A stretch of DNA of 13,236 nucleotides from NCBI GenBank assembly GCA_031411295.1, contig JANOAV010000070.1, positions 1 to 13,236 on the forward strand, in the 5' to 3' direction. Shown here piece after piece: positions 1-8,661 of the stretch. Made by a program: the position numbers and the translations under genes. Origin of the DNA: Verrucomicrobiales bacterium (GTDB lineage: Bacteria > Verrucomicrobiota > Verrucomicrobiia > Verrucomicrobiales > V1-33). The first letter of the stretch is position 1. Every line of letters starts with the position of its first letter. A model generated the notes under the pieces. That model ran no database searches and had not been told where the DNA came from. It saw only the letters and a list, made by a program, of their open reading frames with translations.

Positions 1-427
1 ATTGGAAAAGAATGCGGGAAGCGGCAGGGAGTTATGGGGCATCCGCCCAATCCATCAGAAGCTGGCAGGGCGCCATGGGAAATTACAGAATTCCAGATAT
101 TTTTGAATCCTTAAAGGCATTGGCTTAAAAGCGGAACTCCAACGGATGTTACTGATTCTTCGCATGGAACCGTCAGCCCCTCCCGGTGGCTCATGGGTTT
201 TCCCCGCTGGAAATCATTCATCAGGCGCAGGTCAGGATCTCTGGATCTACCGCAGAGACCCCGCCACTGGCGGCACCTCCATTCATTCCCCCCAGTAAAT
301 TTCCTCATCCTCCGGCGGCATCATTCTCTTGATTTCCCATCATGACGTGGCAAACCTGACCATCCCACCCGACCGCTGCCGCCAAGGCCTCCTTCTGCGG
401 CTGTTAACATCAACGATTCCCCCACCT

Positions 428-1966
428 TTGGACTTCTCTACCAACCCATTCCGCGAGGAGCTAAGCTCCCGGCAGCGTCCTGAACCCTGCACGGTCGTCA
501 TCTTCGGTGCCTCGGGCGATCTCACGAGCCGCAAACTCATCCCGGCACTTTACAATTTGTCCGCCGAAGCAGAGTTGCCCCCCACCCTGAAGATTGTAGG
601 CTTCGCCCGACGCGAGAAATCCCACGGGAGCTTCCGCACCGAATTGGCCACCATGAACCAGAAGGTTTCCCGTTCCGGTCATAACGATGAAGTGTGGGCC
701 AACTTCAGCCAGGGCGTTTACTATCATCAGAGCGAATTTGAAGATCCCGAGGGATACGCTCGGCTGGCCGCGTTACTCAACCAACTGGATCTGGAAGGGG
801 CCGGGGGGAATCGCTTATTTTACCTCGCCTCCTCGCCTGACAACTTTGCGCCCATCCTCCGCCAACTCCAAGCTGCTGGCCTCAGCGAGCCCACCGGTCC
901 GGGCAAATGGAGCCGGGTGGTGATCGAAAAGCCCTTTGGCACCAACCTTCCCAGCGCCCGGGATCTCAACCAAGTGGTGAACGAAGTCTTCCATGAAAGC
1001 GCCACCTACCGGATCGACCACTATCTGGGCAAGGAAACCGCTCAGAACATAATGGTCCTGCGCTTCGCCAATTCCATCTTCGAAGCCATGTGGAACAATC
1101 GCTACATTGATCACGTGCAGATCACCTGCTCGGAAAATTTGGGCATGGAAGGTGGCCGGGGCGGTTACTATGACAAGGCTGGTGCCCTGCGAGACATGGT
1201 GCAGAACCATTTACTGCAACTCCTCAGCCTGGTAGCCATGGAGCCTCCCACCGATCTCTCCGCCGATGGCGTGCGCGATGAGAAAGTCAAAGTGCTCCGT
1301 TCCCTGCGTCCATTCAAAGATGCGGACGATGTGGCCCAGAATGTGATTCGGGCGCAATATACCAGCGGCACCGTCGATGGCAAAGCCGCCCCCGGCTACC
1401 GCCAGGAGGACCGCGTGCCAGCCGATAGTCAGACCGAAGCTTACGTAGCCCTGCGCATCATGATCGACAACTGGCGCTGGGAAGGCGTGCCGTTCTACAT
1501 GCGCATGGGGAAACAACTCCCCAAGAAAGCCACCGAGATCTCCATCCATTTCAAGCGTCCCCCCAGCGTGCTCTTCAACAAAAACTCCGCGCGGGAAAAT
1601 GCCAACGTGCTGACCATCCGGATTCAGCCGGACGAAGGCATCTCCCTGCGCATGCACTCGAAGATGCCCGGAGCCGCCATGCGCCTGGAGCAGGTGAAAA
1701 TGGACTTCCGCTACAGTTCCAGCTTCGGCAAAGCCAGCCCCGAAGCCTACGAACGCCTCCTGCTGGACGCCATGGCCGGAGACGCCACCCTCTTCGCCCG
1801 TCGGGACGAAGTGGAGAACGCCTGGAAATACATCGACCAGATCGAAACCGCCTGGCACCAAAGCCCCACCCCACCGCCCATGTGCGAATACCCCGCCGGC
1901 ACGTGGGGTCCCAAGGAATCAGACGACCTCCTGGAACGCGATGGCCGCGCCTGGCGGAGGATTTAG
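428..1966 (+). CDS. zwf: Glucose-6-phosphate 1-dehydrogenase
   Basis: Motifs GASGDL (NADP-binding), EKPFG, RIDHYLGKE, RDMVQNHLLQ and WEGVPFY. The ORF is open from 329; TTG at 428 (LDFSTNPFREE) is the more plausible start. Confidence 0.97.
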   Translation: MDFSTNPFREELSSRQRPEPCTVVIFGASGDLTSRKLIPALYNLSAEAELPPTLKIVGFARREKSHGSFRTELATMNQKVSRSGHNDEVWANFSQGVYYHQSEFEDPEGYARLAALLNQLDLEGAGGNRLFYLASSPDNFAPILRQLQAAGLSEPTGPGKWSRVVIEKPFGTNLPSARDLNQVVNEVFHESATYRIDHYLGKETAQNIMVLRFANSIFEAMWNNRYIDHVQITCSENLGMEGGRGGYYDKAGALRDMVQNHLLQLLSLVAMEPPTDLSADGVRDEKVKVLRSLRPFKDADDVAQNVIRAQYTSGTVDGKAAPGYRQEDRVPADSQTEAYVALRIMIDNWRWEGVPFYMRMGKQLPKKATEISIHFKRPPSVLFNKNSARENANVLTIRIQPDEGISLRMHSKMPGAAMRLEQVKMDFRYSSSFGKASPEAYERLLLDAMAGDATLFARRDEVENAWKYIDQIETAWHQSPTPPPMCEYPAGTWGPKESDDLLERDGRAWRRI

Positions 1967-2035
1967 TTCCGTCAGTCGTTTGGTTTCCTGCCGCATCCAT
2001 TTGGTTTCCTCCAGGGTGTGTTTTGTGACATGGTG

Positions 2036-2057
2036 GATGGGACGCCCTCGTCCCATC
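2036..2057. terminator. 9-bp perfect hairpin downstream of zwf (terminator- or REP-like)
   Basis: GATGGGACG-ccct-CGTCCCATC; no U-tract. Confidence 0.35.
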
Positions 2058-2202
2058 GGGTGTCTGAGGCGCACCGGCCACAATGAAAGAGACTGCCACC
2101 TTGTTTGCAGGCGGACGGGGGATTTCCTGAGGGGAAACCAGTGGGTCGAACCACCAGATTTAAGGACTCGGGGGTAACTCCGAGTCTTGCGCCGGAAAGC
2201 CT

Positions 2203-2312
2203 TTACCGCAGAGGGCCGCAGAGGCTTGGAAAGGGCACGGATGGCTGGCATTTAGCAGTCTACGCCCAGCCAACAGGAAAACTCTGCGAATCTCTGCGGC
2301 CTCTGCGGTTAA
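2203..2312. repeat. REP-like inverted repeat pair (ACCGCAGAG type), related to the IR inside element C
   Basis: TTACCGCAGAGGGCCGCAGAG ... CTCTGCGGCCTCTGCGGTTAA; the same motif family occurs at 12216-12300 and near 13130-13210. Confidence 0.6.
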
Positions 2313-2410
2313 TCCTAAAACGCCACGCTGCGCCAAACCAAGACGCCCACCGAGACTAACCCTCAGAGACCCGGGCCGCGATCCGTCCAACCAAGGTTGT
2401 CATCGGGGCT

Positions 2411-2443
2411 GTCACCTAATGCCAACCTAATTTATTAGGTGAC
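2411..2443. other. 10-bp inverted repeat GTCACCTAAT...ATTAGGTGAC just after the stop of the 2448-2840 gene
   Basis: Seen directly; it sits where the attC would be expected. Confidence 0.55.
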
Positions 2444-2447
2444 GTCA

Positions 2448-2840
2448 TCAGGGCTCACTCCAAACCACTTCTCTGATCTCGGGGTCGGAAGCGAAAATCT
2501 GCTGGAGCGCCTCCGTGAGACGGGCGAGCTGCGGTGTAGCGTCGATCTTCTTAAAGAGCTTCTTCACGACAGGCGTCTTCGGGTCGGTAAAACACAAAAA
2601 CTCGTCGTCGTCTCCGTTCTGGTGTCCGCAACACAGAGCAAGCCGAAATCCTTCGTTGCGCACCGGGACATACCAACCCCAATCCTCGGCAATCATCTCC
2701 TCAGTCTGAATGCCTCTCTCGGCAAGCTTCTGAACCAGATACTCGGCAAGTCTCTTGCCCCAAAGACCCGGATTGATCTGCTCCTCCTCGCCTTCGTAAG
2801 GCGGGAAATTGGATGACCGAAACTCAACGAATGTCTTCAT
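2448..2840 (-). CDS. Hypothetical cassette protein (130 aa; INPGLWGK and EDWGW motifs)
   Basis: Protein-like ORF starting 13 nt after the degenerate core site ATTGGGC (2860-2854) of element A1. Confidence 0.8.
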   Translation of the reverse strand: MKTFVEFRSSNFPPYEGEEEQINPGLWGKRLAEYLVQKLAERGIQTEEMIAEDWGWYVPVRNEGFRLALCCGHQNGDDDEFLCFTDPKTPVVKKLFKKIDATPQLARLTEALQQIFASDPEIREVVWSEP

Positions 2841-2853
2841 GGTGTGTTTAGCC

Positions 2854-3109
2854 GCCCAATTACTTGATCCCCGACCGCAGTGTCACTTGTGGCCGCCCTT
2901 CTTTAGAGGCGACAGATTCGTCCGTTTTGGCGCGGGGGAGTGATTTCATAGTGGAAGTTTGGTTGGATTTAGTCGCAGAGGCGCGGGCTCGTCAACCTTA
3001 TTGTCGATGTCCGCTCGGATGCGCGTGGATTTCTGTGGAGGATGACCATGGTTTTTTTGAGGCAATTTATCAGCCTGCCAATTTATGAGCCTGCCGCATT
3101 GTTTCACGG
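2854..3109 (-). repeat. Non-coding module A, copy 1 (attI/promoter-like; core mutated to ATTGGGC)
   Basis: 256 bp, closely similar to 3424-3679; reverse-complement homologues at 10361, 11392 and 12476. Confidence 0.85.
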
Positions 3110-3125
3110 CAGCGCATGGTTAGCC
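3110..3125 (-). other. Truncated attC (R'' GGCTAAC + CATGCGCTG) of the SMI1/KNR4 cassette
   Basis: GTTAGCCGTCAT (3119-3130) is the exact reverse complement of ATGACGGCTAAC (3419-3430); the attC is cut off by the A1 tail. Confidence 0.75.
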
Positions 3126-3129
3126 GTCA

Positions 3130-3420
3130 TCATTCGATCCTCTCAACAAACTCCCGCACGGTCGGTGCGACAACTGTATCAGCCTGCAACCGGTGATCCC
3201 AATAAAGAACTGCGCCTTCGGAATGCCGAAGGAAAAAGTTCCCATCCACATCCACACCGATGATGCTGACTTGCTTGCCGCGCCACCAAGGTGCGTCAAG
3301 TGGTCGCCTGTCCGCCTCGCGAATCAGAAACGCAATCGTCATCGTGCGCTCGCCGTGCCGAAACGTCCGATGTGGCCACAGCCGGGCAAGTGCGCGTTCG
3401 ATTGGGTCAGGCTGCTGCAT
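3130..3420 (-). CDS. SMI1/KNR4 (SUKH)-like immunity protein, cassette-borne
   Basis: C-terminal pattern IGxDxxGN...GxVxYWDH...VAxTxxEF; bracketed by complementary core sites. Confidence 0.7.
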   Translation of the reverse strand: MQQPDPIERALARLWPHRTFRHGERTMTIAFLIREADRRPLDAPWWRGKQVSIIGVDVDGNFFLRHSEGAVLYWDHRLQADTVVAPTVREFVERIE

Positions 3421-3423
3421 GAC

Positions 3424-3679
3424 GGCTAACTACTTGATCACCGACAACAGTGTCGATTTATCCCGCGCTCCTTTATATAAGACAGATTCGTCGGTTTTGG
3501 CGCGGGGAAGTGATTTCATAGTGGAGTTTTGCTCGGATTTAGCCGCAGAGGCGCGGGCTCGTCAACCTTATTGTCGATGTCCGCTCGGATGCGCGTGGAT
3601 TTCTGTGGAGGATGACCATGGTTTTTTTGGGGCAATTTATCAGCCTGCCAATTTATCAGCCTGCCGCATTGTTTCACGG
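3424..3679 (-). repeat. Non-coding module A, copy 2 (ends in GTTAGCC core)
   Basis: Homologous to A1; CGACA-acag-TGTCG at 3442-3455; perfect 16-bp tandem CAATTTATCAGCCTGC at 3633-3664. Confidence 0.85.
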
Positions 3680-3764
3680 ACTCACCAAAATCTCCTGCGC
3701 ACCATCCAGACCTCTTGGAAGTGCCTCGGAAAATCCGAAGACGGCAGTTGTCTCAACCGCAGGA

Positions 3765-4037
3765 CCCCCACGGGAACCCACCCACCTCCGAGGCCAAGCG
3801 CTTCTCAACCAGCCGAAAAAGAGTCTTGCCGTGCCGCGGAAGATAACCTAGCCTCAGGTCCCAGTGAATCCCGCCAGCCTTTTGGTAACAATGTCGTAAT
3901 ACCCATGAGCAATATTTGTCGTAATATCACCCAATCCGTCCTCTGCCACCCGGAGATCTCCGCAATAGGCGACACTTTTGTCGCATCATCACCCAAAAAT
4001 CTACGACACCTCTTGGGGGCTAAGTAGAATGTTCGCT
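3765..4037 (+). repeat. Non-coding module B, copy 1 (attI-like; ends GGCTAAGTAGAAT-GTTCGCT)
   Basis: Near-identical to 4742-5014; identity stops at the GTT. Confidence 0.88.
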
Positions 4038-4649
4038 GAAATAATCGATCTTAACGTGATTCGAAAAGCTATTAGTAACCTAGGATATTGGGGTTTGAAG
4101 CGCCTCTATGCAAATAATGTGATCACGACCATTGAGGGTATTCCCATTGTGTCGCTCCGTGACGATCAGACCAACTTTCGAAGGATCATTTCCCTCTCAT
4201 TTGATCTTCTTCGGTCCCACGATTCAAGGCGGCTTCGAAGAATTGTGTCTGCGGCTGATTGGATCGTAGATTGCTCGTTGCCGCTGGGAGGGCGCTCAGG
4301 ACTGTATTGTCGGCGACTTGCGGCTATTGAAATGGATTTTGAGTTCTCAGATAATTTTGGCGATGATCTGATGCACGCTGCCTATTTTGCTGCCCTGTTG
4401 GTGTATGAGGGAACCCACGGGATGCTGATGAGGCGTGGATTCGAATACACGAACGAGTTGAGACTCCAGTCAGAGCGGATTTGTGTCGCTGAGCAGAATA
4501 GGTTTCTGGCTCGACTCGAAGTTTTAAGAACTGGCCTTGGTGACACGCTACTGACCGAGTTTAACGCAAGTAATTGGGAGGAGGCTTGGGCGATGGATAA
4601 GTGGGAACGGGTCAGAAGGCTCGCCGCAAGAGCAATCAGAAGTGGATAA
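4029..4649 (+). CDS. Hypothetical cassette protein (possible degenerate zincin motif YEGTH)
   Basis: ORF between GTTCGCT (4031-4037) and its complement AGCGAAC (4649-4655); start uncertain. Confidence 0.7.
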   Translation: MFAEIIDLNVIRKAISNLGYWGLKRLYANNVITTIEGIPIVSLRDDQTNFRRIISLSFDLLRSHDSRRLRRIVSAADWIVDCSLPLGGRSGLYCRRLAAIEMDFEFSDNFGDDLMHAAYFAALLVYEGTHGMLMRRGFEYTNELRLQSERICVAEQNRFLARLEVLRTGLGDTLLTEFNASNWEEAWAMDKWERVRRLAARAIRSG

Positions 4650-4700
4650 GCGAACAAGGCGCGGCTGGCAAGCCTCCGAGCGCTTTCCTTTCTCCGATGA
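4649..4700 (+). other. Truncated attC (R'' AGCGAAC + left arm only)
   Basis: AGCGAACAAGGCGCGGCTGG resembles the left arms of the intact attCs; no right arm is visible before element B2. Confidence 0.6.
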
Positions 4701-4741
4701 CTCACCCTAATCCCAACCCTCACCGTGCGTTCCACGCGCAG

Positions 4742-5014
4742 CCCCCCCGGGAACCCACCCACCTCCGAGGCCCAGCGATTCTCAACCAGCCGAAAAAGAG
4801 TCTTGCCGTGCCGCGGAAGATAACCTAGCCTCAGGTCCCAGTGAATCCCGCCAGCCTTTTGGTAAAAATGTCGTAATATCCATGAGCAATATTTGTCGTA
4901 ATATCACCCAATCCGTCCTCTGCCACCCGGAGATCTCCGCAATAGGCGACACTTTTGTCGCATTATCACCCAAAAAACTGCGACACCTCTTGGGGGCTAA
5001 GTAGAATGTTAGCC
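4742..5014 (+). repeat. Non-coding module B, copy 2 (ends GTTAGCC)
   Basis: Direct repeat of B1, offset by 977 bp. Confidence 0.88.
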
Positions 5015-5025
5015 AAGAAAATGAA

Positions 5026-5802
5026 ATGCAAGCAAAGCCCCTCGCTACGGATTTAGGCGAAGCCCTAAAGTGGACGACCACGGTTCGTGACGTAGAACGG
5101 AATGCAAAAGCATTGTTTCCGTGTCAGCGCACGAGTTATCCGAACGAGGCGATCACATCACAGCGGTCTCAACTCATTTATGATTGGGTTCTCTCGCTAT
5201 CAATGCACCCTCTCCCCAATCCGAAGAAAGAGGAATTGCTTGCTGAATTTGCGAAGCGCATTACTCCGAAAGAGCAAATTCACGATATAATCGAGGTATT
5301 TAGACGGAATGGCATATCTGAACGCCTTTTCGATGGTCTGACTTATACGATTATTCCGCCTCCTTCATTTGCGAGGCTTACGTCATCAGTTCCTGTTCTT
5401 GAGCAGATTTTGCAGGATCGATGGGTAGAGGCTCAGAAGTGTGAGCGAGCTGGAGCCCATTTGTCCGCCGTAATTCTGATGGGAAGTATATTAGAAGGGC
5501 TCCTTCTCAGTAAGGCCATGGCACTGCGGCCCGATGCATATAAGTCTCGTTTCTCTCCCAAGGACAAGAAGTCAGGGAGTGCTATCGCCATAGAGAATTG
5601 GACACTACATGATTTGATTGAGGTGGCTGTCGATTGCGGCTGGTTGAAGGTAGATCGAGGCTCATTCAGTCACGCGCTCCGCCAGTCTCGGAATATTGTT
5701 CACCCTTGGGCGCAAATGTCCGAACGAGCAGACTTCGACGGTGAAACATGCAAGACGTGCTGGCAGGTATTATCCTCGGCGGTCAAAGACCTGGCAAAAT
5801 GA
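5026..5802 (+). CDS. HEPN-domain (DUF4145-like) protein, cassette-borne
   Basis: AVILMGSILEGLL...LHDLIEVA...LRQSRNIVHP (Rx4H-type HEPN motif). Confidence 0.75.
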   Translation: MQAKPLATDLGEALKWTTTVRDVERNAKALFPCQRTSYPNEAITSQRSQLIYDWVLSLSMHPLPNPKKEELLAEFAKRITPKEQIHDIIEVFRRNGISERLFDGLTYTIIPPPSFARLTSSVPVLEQILQDRWVEAQKCERAGAHLSAVILMGSILEGLLLSKAMALRPDAYKSRFSPKDKKSGSAIAIENWTLHDLIEVAVDCGWLKVDRGSFSHALRQSRNIVHPWAQMSERADFDGETCKTCWQVLSSAVKDLAK

Positions 5803-5811
5803 ATGAAGAAA

Positions 5812-5900
5812 GGCTAACAAGACGCTACATCCAACGGCGGGCAACGTCCTTCTTTGAATTCGGGCTTCCATCCCCGCCGTGGATGAGCTTGACGTTCGCC
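5812..5900 (+). other. Integron attC site (89 bp)
   Basis: R'' GGCTAAC (complement of upstream GTTAGCC), arms CATCCAACGGCGGG / CCCGCCGTGGATG, R' GTTCGCC. Confidence 0.9.
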
Positions 5901-5927
5901 CCACCAGGTAGCCCTCCCCCCCAACCA

Positions 5928-6452
5928 ATGAAACCAACATCGTTACTTCTGATCCTTGCTCTAGTCTGCTCCTCGTGCGGACGGTCCAAAGACGACAAAG
6001 TCGTCAAACGTGAGGGAAATCCTGACTACATCAAGGTAGATGGCGAGAACGAGGCGAAGATGGACGCCGCGATAACCAGATCGAAGAAGGAGATCGAAAC
6101 ATTTATCAAGGCACTCCAAAGCCCAACTCCGTCACAGAGTGGGTTCTCCGTGAAGAAGCCATTTCCTTGGAAGGATGGCAACGAGACATCCCACGAACAC
6201 ATTTGGCTAACCCAAGTGAGCTTCAAAGACAGCAAGTTCTACGGACGTGTAGGCAATGAGCCCGTGGATGTCCGAGATGTGAAGATGGGAGACGAGGTTA
6301 CACTCGAGAAGTCTGATGCCTCTGATTGGATGATTATTGATGATGGCTATCTCATCGGCGGCTACACCATTCTTGCCCTCCGCGATCAGATGCCAAAGGC
6401 AGAGCAAAAGGAGTTCGATGCTTCGTTCCCTTACAAGACCAAGAAGCAATGA
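5928..6452 (+). CDS. DUF2314 (YegJ-like) lipoprotein, cassette-borne
   Basis: Signal peptide with Cys; motifs MDAAI...F, EHIWL, GRVGNEP, DWMI and GGYT. The start at 5928 lies after the attC. Confidence 0.85.
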   Translation: MKPTSLLLILALVCSSCGRSKDDKVVKREGNPDYIKVDGENEAKMDAAITRSKKEIETFIKALQSPTPSQSGFSVKKPFPWKDGNETSHEHIWLTQVSFKDSKFYGRVGNEPVDVRDVKMGDEVTLEKSDASDWMIIDDGYLIGGYTILALRDQMPKAEQKEFDASFPYKTKKQ

Positions 6453-6469
6453 TACATCGTAAATCCAAG

Positions 6470-6574
6470 GGCAAACAAAGTCACCGCAGCCAACCAGCTA
6501 TGGCCTCTGCGTCTTTCACTGGAATCTCGACCGCTTGCACGGCCACAGCAGGTGGCTGCGCTTGAACGTTCGGC
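6470..6574 (+). other. Integron attC site (105 bp)
   Basis: R'' GGCAAAC, arms CGCAGCCA / TGGCTGCG, R' GTTCGGC. Confidence 0.85.
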
Positions 6575-6580
6575 AAAAAA

Positions 6581-6994
6581 ATGAAACGCAATAAAGCTCT
6601 CCCTCTCGGCATTGCCTTCGCTTTTTTATGCGCTTCATACGTCGGATACTGTCTCCGGGCATTTCTCGTAAAGCCTCCATTGCAATTTGGGGAGTTCATT
6701 GACCCAAGCGAGAGAAAGATAATTTCAGATTGGTATGATGATTCTTCCGAGATTCGACCTAAGATCGTGGATTTTGAGTCCGTCATCTATGCTCTTTCTC
6801 ACCCTTACCTACCCAATCCATATCGGCCCTTTGTATCGCTCGGCGGTCTTGGCGGCGAGGGTTCGATTCAGTTCAGTTACGAGGATGCAGTCGCAATCTT
6901 CGTTGAGCAAGAAGGAAAACTTGTCCTGTCGCGGGTTATGCATGCCAACGACGCCGAACCAGTCAGTGGTGGCAACGGCGGACAAGATCGCTAG
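6581..6994 (+). CDS. Hypothetical protein with N-terminal hydrophobic anchor, cassette-borne
   Basis: ATG 6 nt after R'; the ORF reads into the following attC. Confidence 0.75.
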   Translation: MKRNKALPLGIAFAFLCASYVGYCLRAFLVKPPLQFGEFIDPSERKIISDWYDDSSEIRPKIVDFESVIYALSHPYLPNPYRPFVSLGGLGGEGSIQFSYEDAVAIFVEQEGKLVLSRVMHANDAEPVSGGNGGQDR

Positions 6995-7048
6995 TTCGCT
7001 TCGCTCTGGACGCCTATTTCCCGCCGTGCCACACTTCAAACGTTGGGT
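6953..7048 (+). other. Integron attC site (96 bp)
   Basis: R'' GCCGAAC (complement of GTTCGGC), arms TGGCAACGGCGG / CCGCCGTGCCA, R' GTTGGGT. Confidence 0.88.
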
Positions 7049-7066
7049 TATGCTGGTTCAATTACA

Positions 7067-7378
7067 ATGAAAGATGACCAAGTGAGTAATCTTCCAGCCC
7101 ATTCGAAGGAGAGCGGTGTTGTCGACACCGACGTCCAGTTCCAATTGGCTTCTTGGTATCATGCATCCGAAGCTCCTCGCCTGTTTGACGCACTCGTTGA
7201 GGGAAGTGTCAGATTCGAATTCGAGACTTCTGATGATTTCATATCAGGGCAGAGCGCAATCCGATCCCGCTTTGGTGGTGGATTCGGTCAAGGGGCGTAT
7301 GTTTTGGTCTGGGTTCATCCTGCTGACCAAAATTTGTTTAACGCAATCCAACGAAAAGTTTTCCCTCCACGCCAATAG
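7067..7378 (+). CDS. Hypothetical cassette protein (103 aa); no downstream attC found
   Basis: ATG 18 nt after R' GTTGGGT. Confidence 0.6.
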   Translation: MKDDQVSNLPAHSKESGVVDTDVQFQLASWYHASEAPRLFDALVEGSVRFEFETSDDFISGQSAIRSRFGGGFGQGAYVLVWVHPADQNLFNAIQRKVFPPRQ

Positions 7379-7552
7379 GAGAGATTTCTTGAGGTGAAGT
7401 GCTGAATATGCTGGTGCGGATTTACATATCTCAAACGCACCCATGCGTTCGGTGGTTTGTGGCCACTTCGTTCCTTTATATCAAGCGTGAGACGAATGGT
7501 CAGCAGCATTGTTTTCGCTAATGGTCCGCTTGTGCGTGGATTCAATCAAATC

Positions 7553-8476
7553 CTAGATTTCTTTGGCACGCTTAGCGCCCAAGGATTTCAGGAGCTCGAC
7601 CATCCGCGTCTCGTGGTCGCTCATAGCGTTATCGAGGGGCGTTGTTCCATGCATATCAGCAGGGTTTACATTCGCCCCCCGGCCTGCTAGGCACTCCACG
7701 AAGTCATAGCGCTTAAATACGACCGCATGAAACAGGGCGGTTCGGTAGCGTGAATCCTCAGCATCTATTCTCGCGCCGGATTCTAGCAGCGCCTCAGCAA
7801 CTTTTACGTGACCTTTTCTTCCGGCCCAAATGAGGCCTGTAAGATTATATGTATCGCGCGACTCGGGATCGATTCCCGCAGCTAGGTAATCACGCACAAC
7901 GTCAACCTTGCCTGTGCTGCAGGCGTTGAAGAACTTCTGTCCTCCCTGTTTTCCTCTGCTCAGAGCAGACCCCTCAGGCTTAGGTGTTTCTACTGAATCG
8001 ATTTTGGGGATTGGAGGGCGGGGAGGTATCCTCACCGGTCTTGGCGGGGGCGAAAGATCTCCCTCGCAGAGATTTTTCAACGCAGTGTCAAAGATATTCA
8101 GATGAACTGCCTGATCCGTAATAAATCTGCGCCTGCGGGCTTCAGCAGTAAGAATGGAAAAACAGGCCCTCATCTGAGTGCAAAAATATGGTAGAATCTC
8201 TAACGTTGATTTGCCCTGCCACCCCTCTTGAGGGATGACAAGGTCAATCGTGAGGTCGCGGGCCTTGACCTTAACCTTCATGCGATCCGGCCCCTCAGAT
8301 CCATAATCAACAAAGCTCCCCGAAACACGCAGCACGACGGAATACTCGATTGGTAGGCCTGCGGGATCTGGGTTTCCGAGGGCCTCGAAATATTTGTTGA
8401 GCCGATAGTGAAGTGGCCAAAGAGCCTCATTGCCTGTTGGGCCGCCATACTGGGCCGCCATGCTAAAGAATTTCAT
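7553..8476 (-). CDS. Imm12-like N-terminal domain fused to ankyrin repeats
   Basis: N-terminal GGP...VLRVSGS..DYG.EG...TIDLVIP..W pattern; Pro-rich linker; ankyrin repeats (TGLIWA..KGH, TALFHA, TTPLD.A). Confidence 0.8.
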   Translation of the reverse strand: MKFFSMAAQYGGPTGNEALWPLHYRLNKYFEALGNPDPAGLPIEYSVVLRVSGSFVDYGSEGPDRMKVKVKARDLTIDLVIPQEGWQGKSTLEILPYFCTQMRACFSILTAEARRRRFITDQAVHLNIFDTALKNLCEGDLSPPPRPVRIPPRPPIPKIDSVETPKPEGSALSRGKQGGQKFFNACSTGKVDVVRDYLAAGIDPESRDTYNLTGLIWAGRKGHVKVAEALLESGARIDAEDSRYRTALFHAVVFKRYDFVECLAGRGANVNPADMHGTTPLDNAMSDHETRMVELLKSLGAKRAKEI

Positions 8477-8481
8477 CGCTT

Positions 8482-8510
8482 ATTCTACTCAGTTCAAGCT
8501 TGGCGCGCAA
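8482..8510 (-). promoter_or_regulatory. Sigma70-type promoter, probably giving a leaderless transcript
   Basis: TTGCGC-17 nt-TAGAAT, then 5 nt to the ATG. Confidence 0.5.
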
Positions 8511-8661
8511 TGCCCTTGGTCGCGGAGTTTTTTTAGCCACATTTGGAGCTGGGTGACCTTGTCGGGATGTTCTGCCAGTTAATTATCTGCCCGCCAGACA
8601 GTCCTTTCCACCCCAGCGCACGCCACGGAATCCGGGGCACCCTCGGGCCGTGAAACGCCCC

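Noticed and set aside
2864..4027. ORFs 2864-3088, 3260-4027 and 3612-3851, and similar ORFs inside modules A, B and C
   Set aside because: They are translations of non-coding repeats; frames and lengths are not conserved between copies.
5748..5927. N-terminal extension of the DUF2314-like ORF
   Set aside because: It runs through the attC and the previous gene; the signal peptide begins at 5928.
7379..7552. attC after the 7067-7378 cassette
   Set aside because: No ACCCAAC inverse core or convincing hairpin was found.
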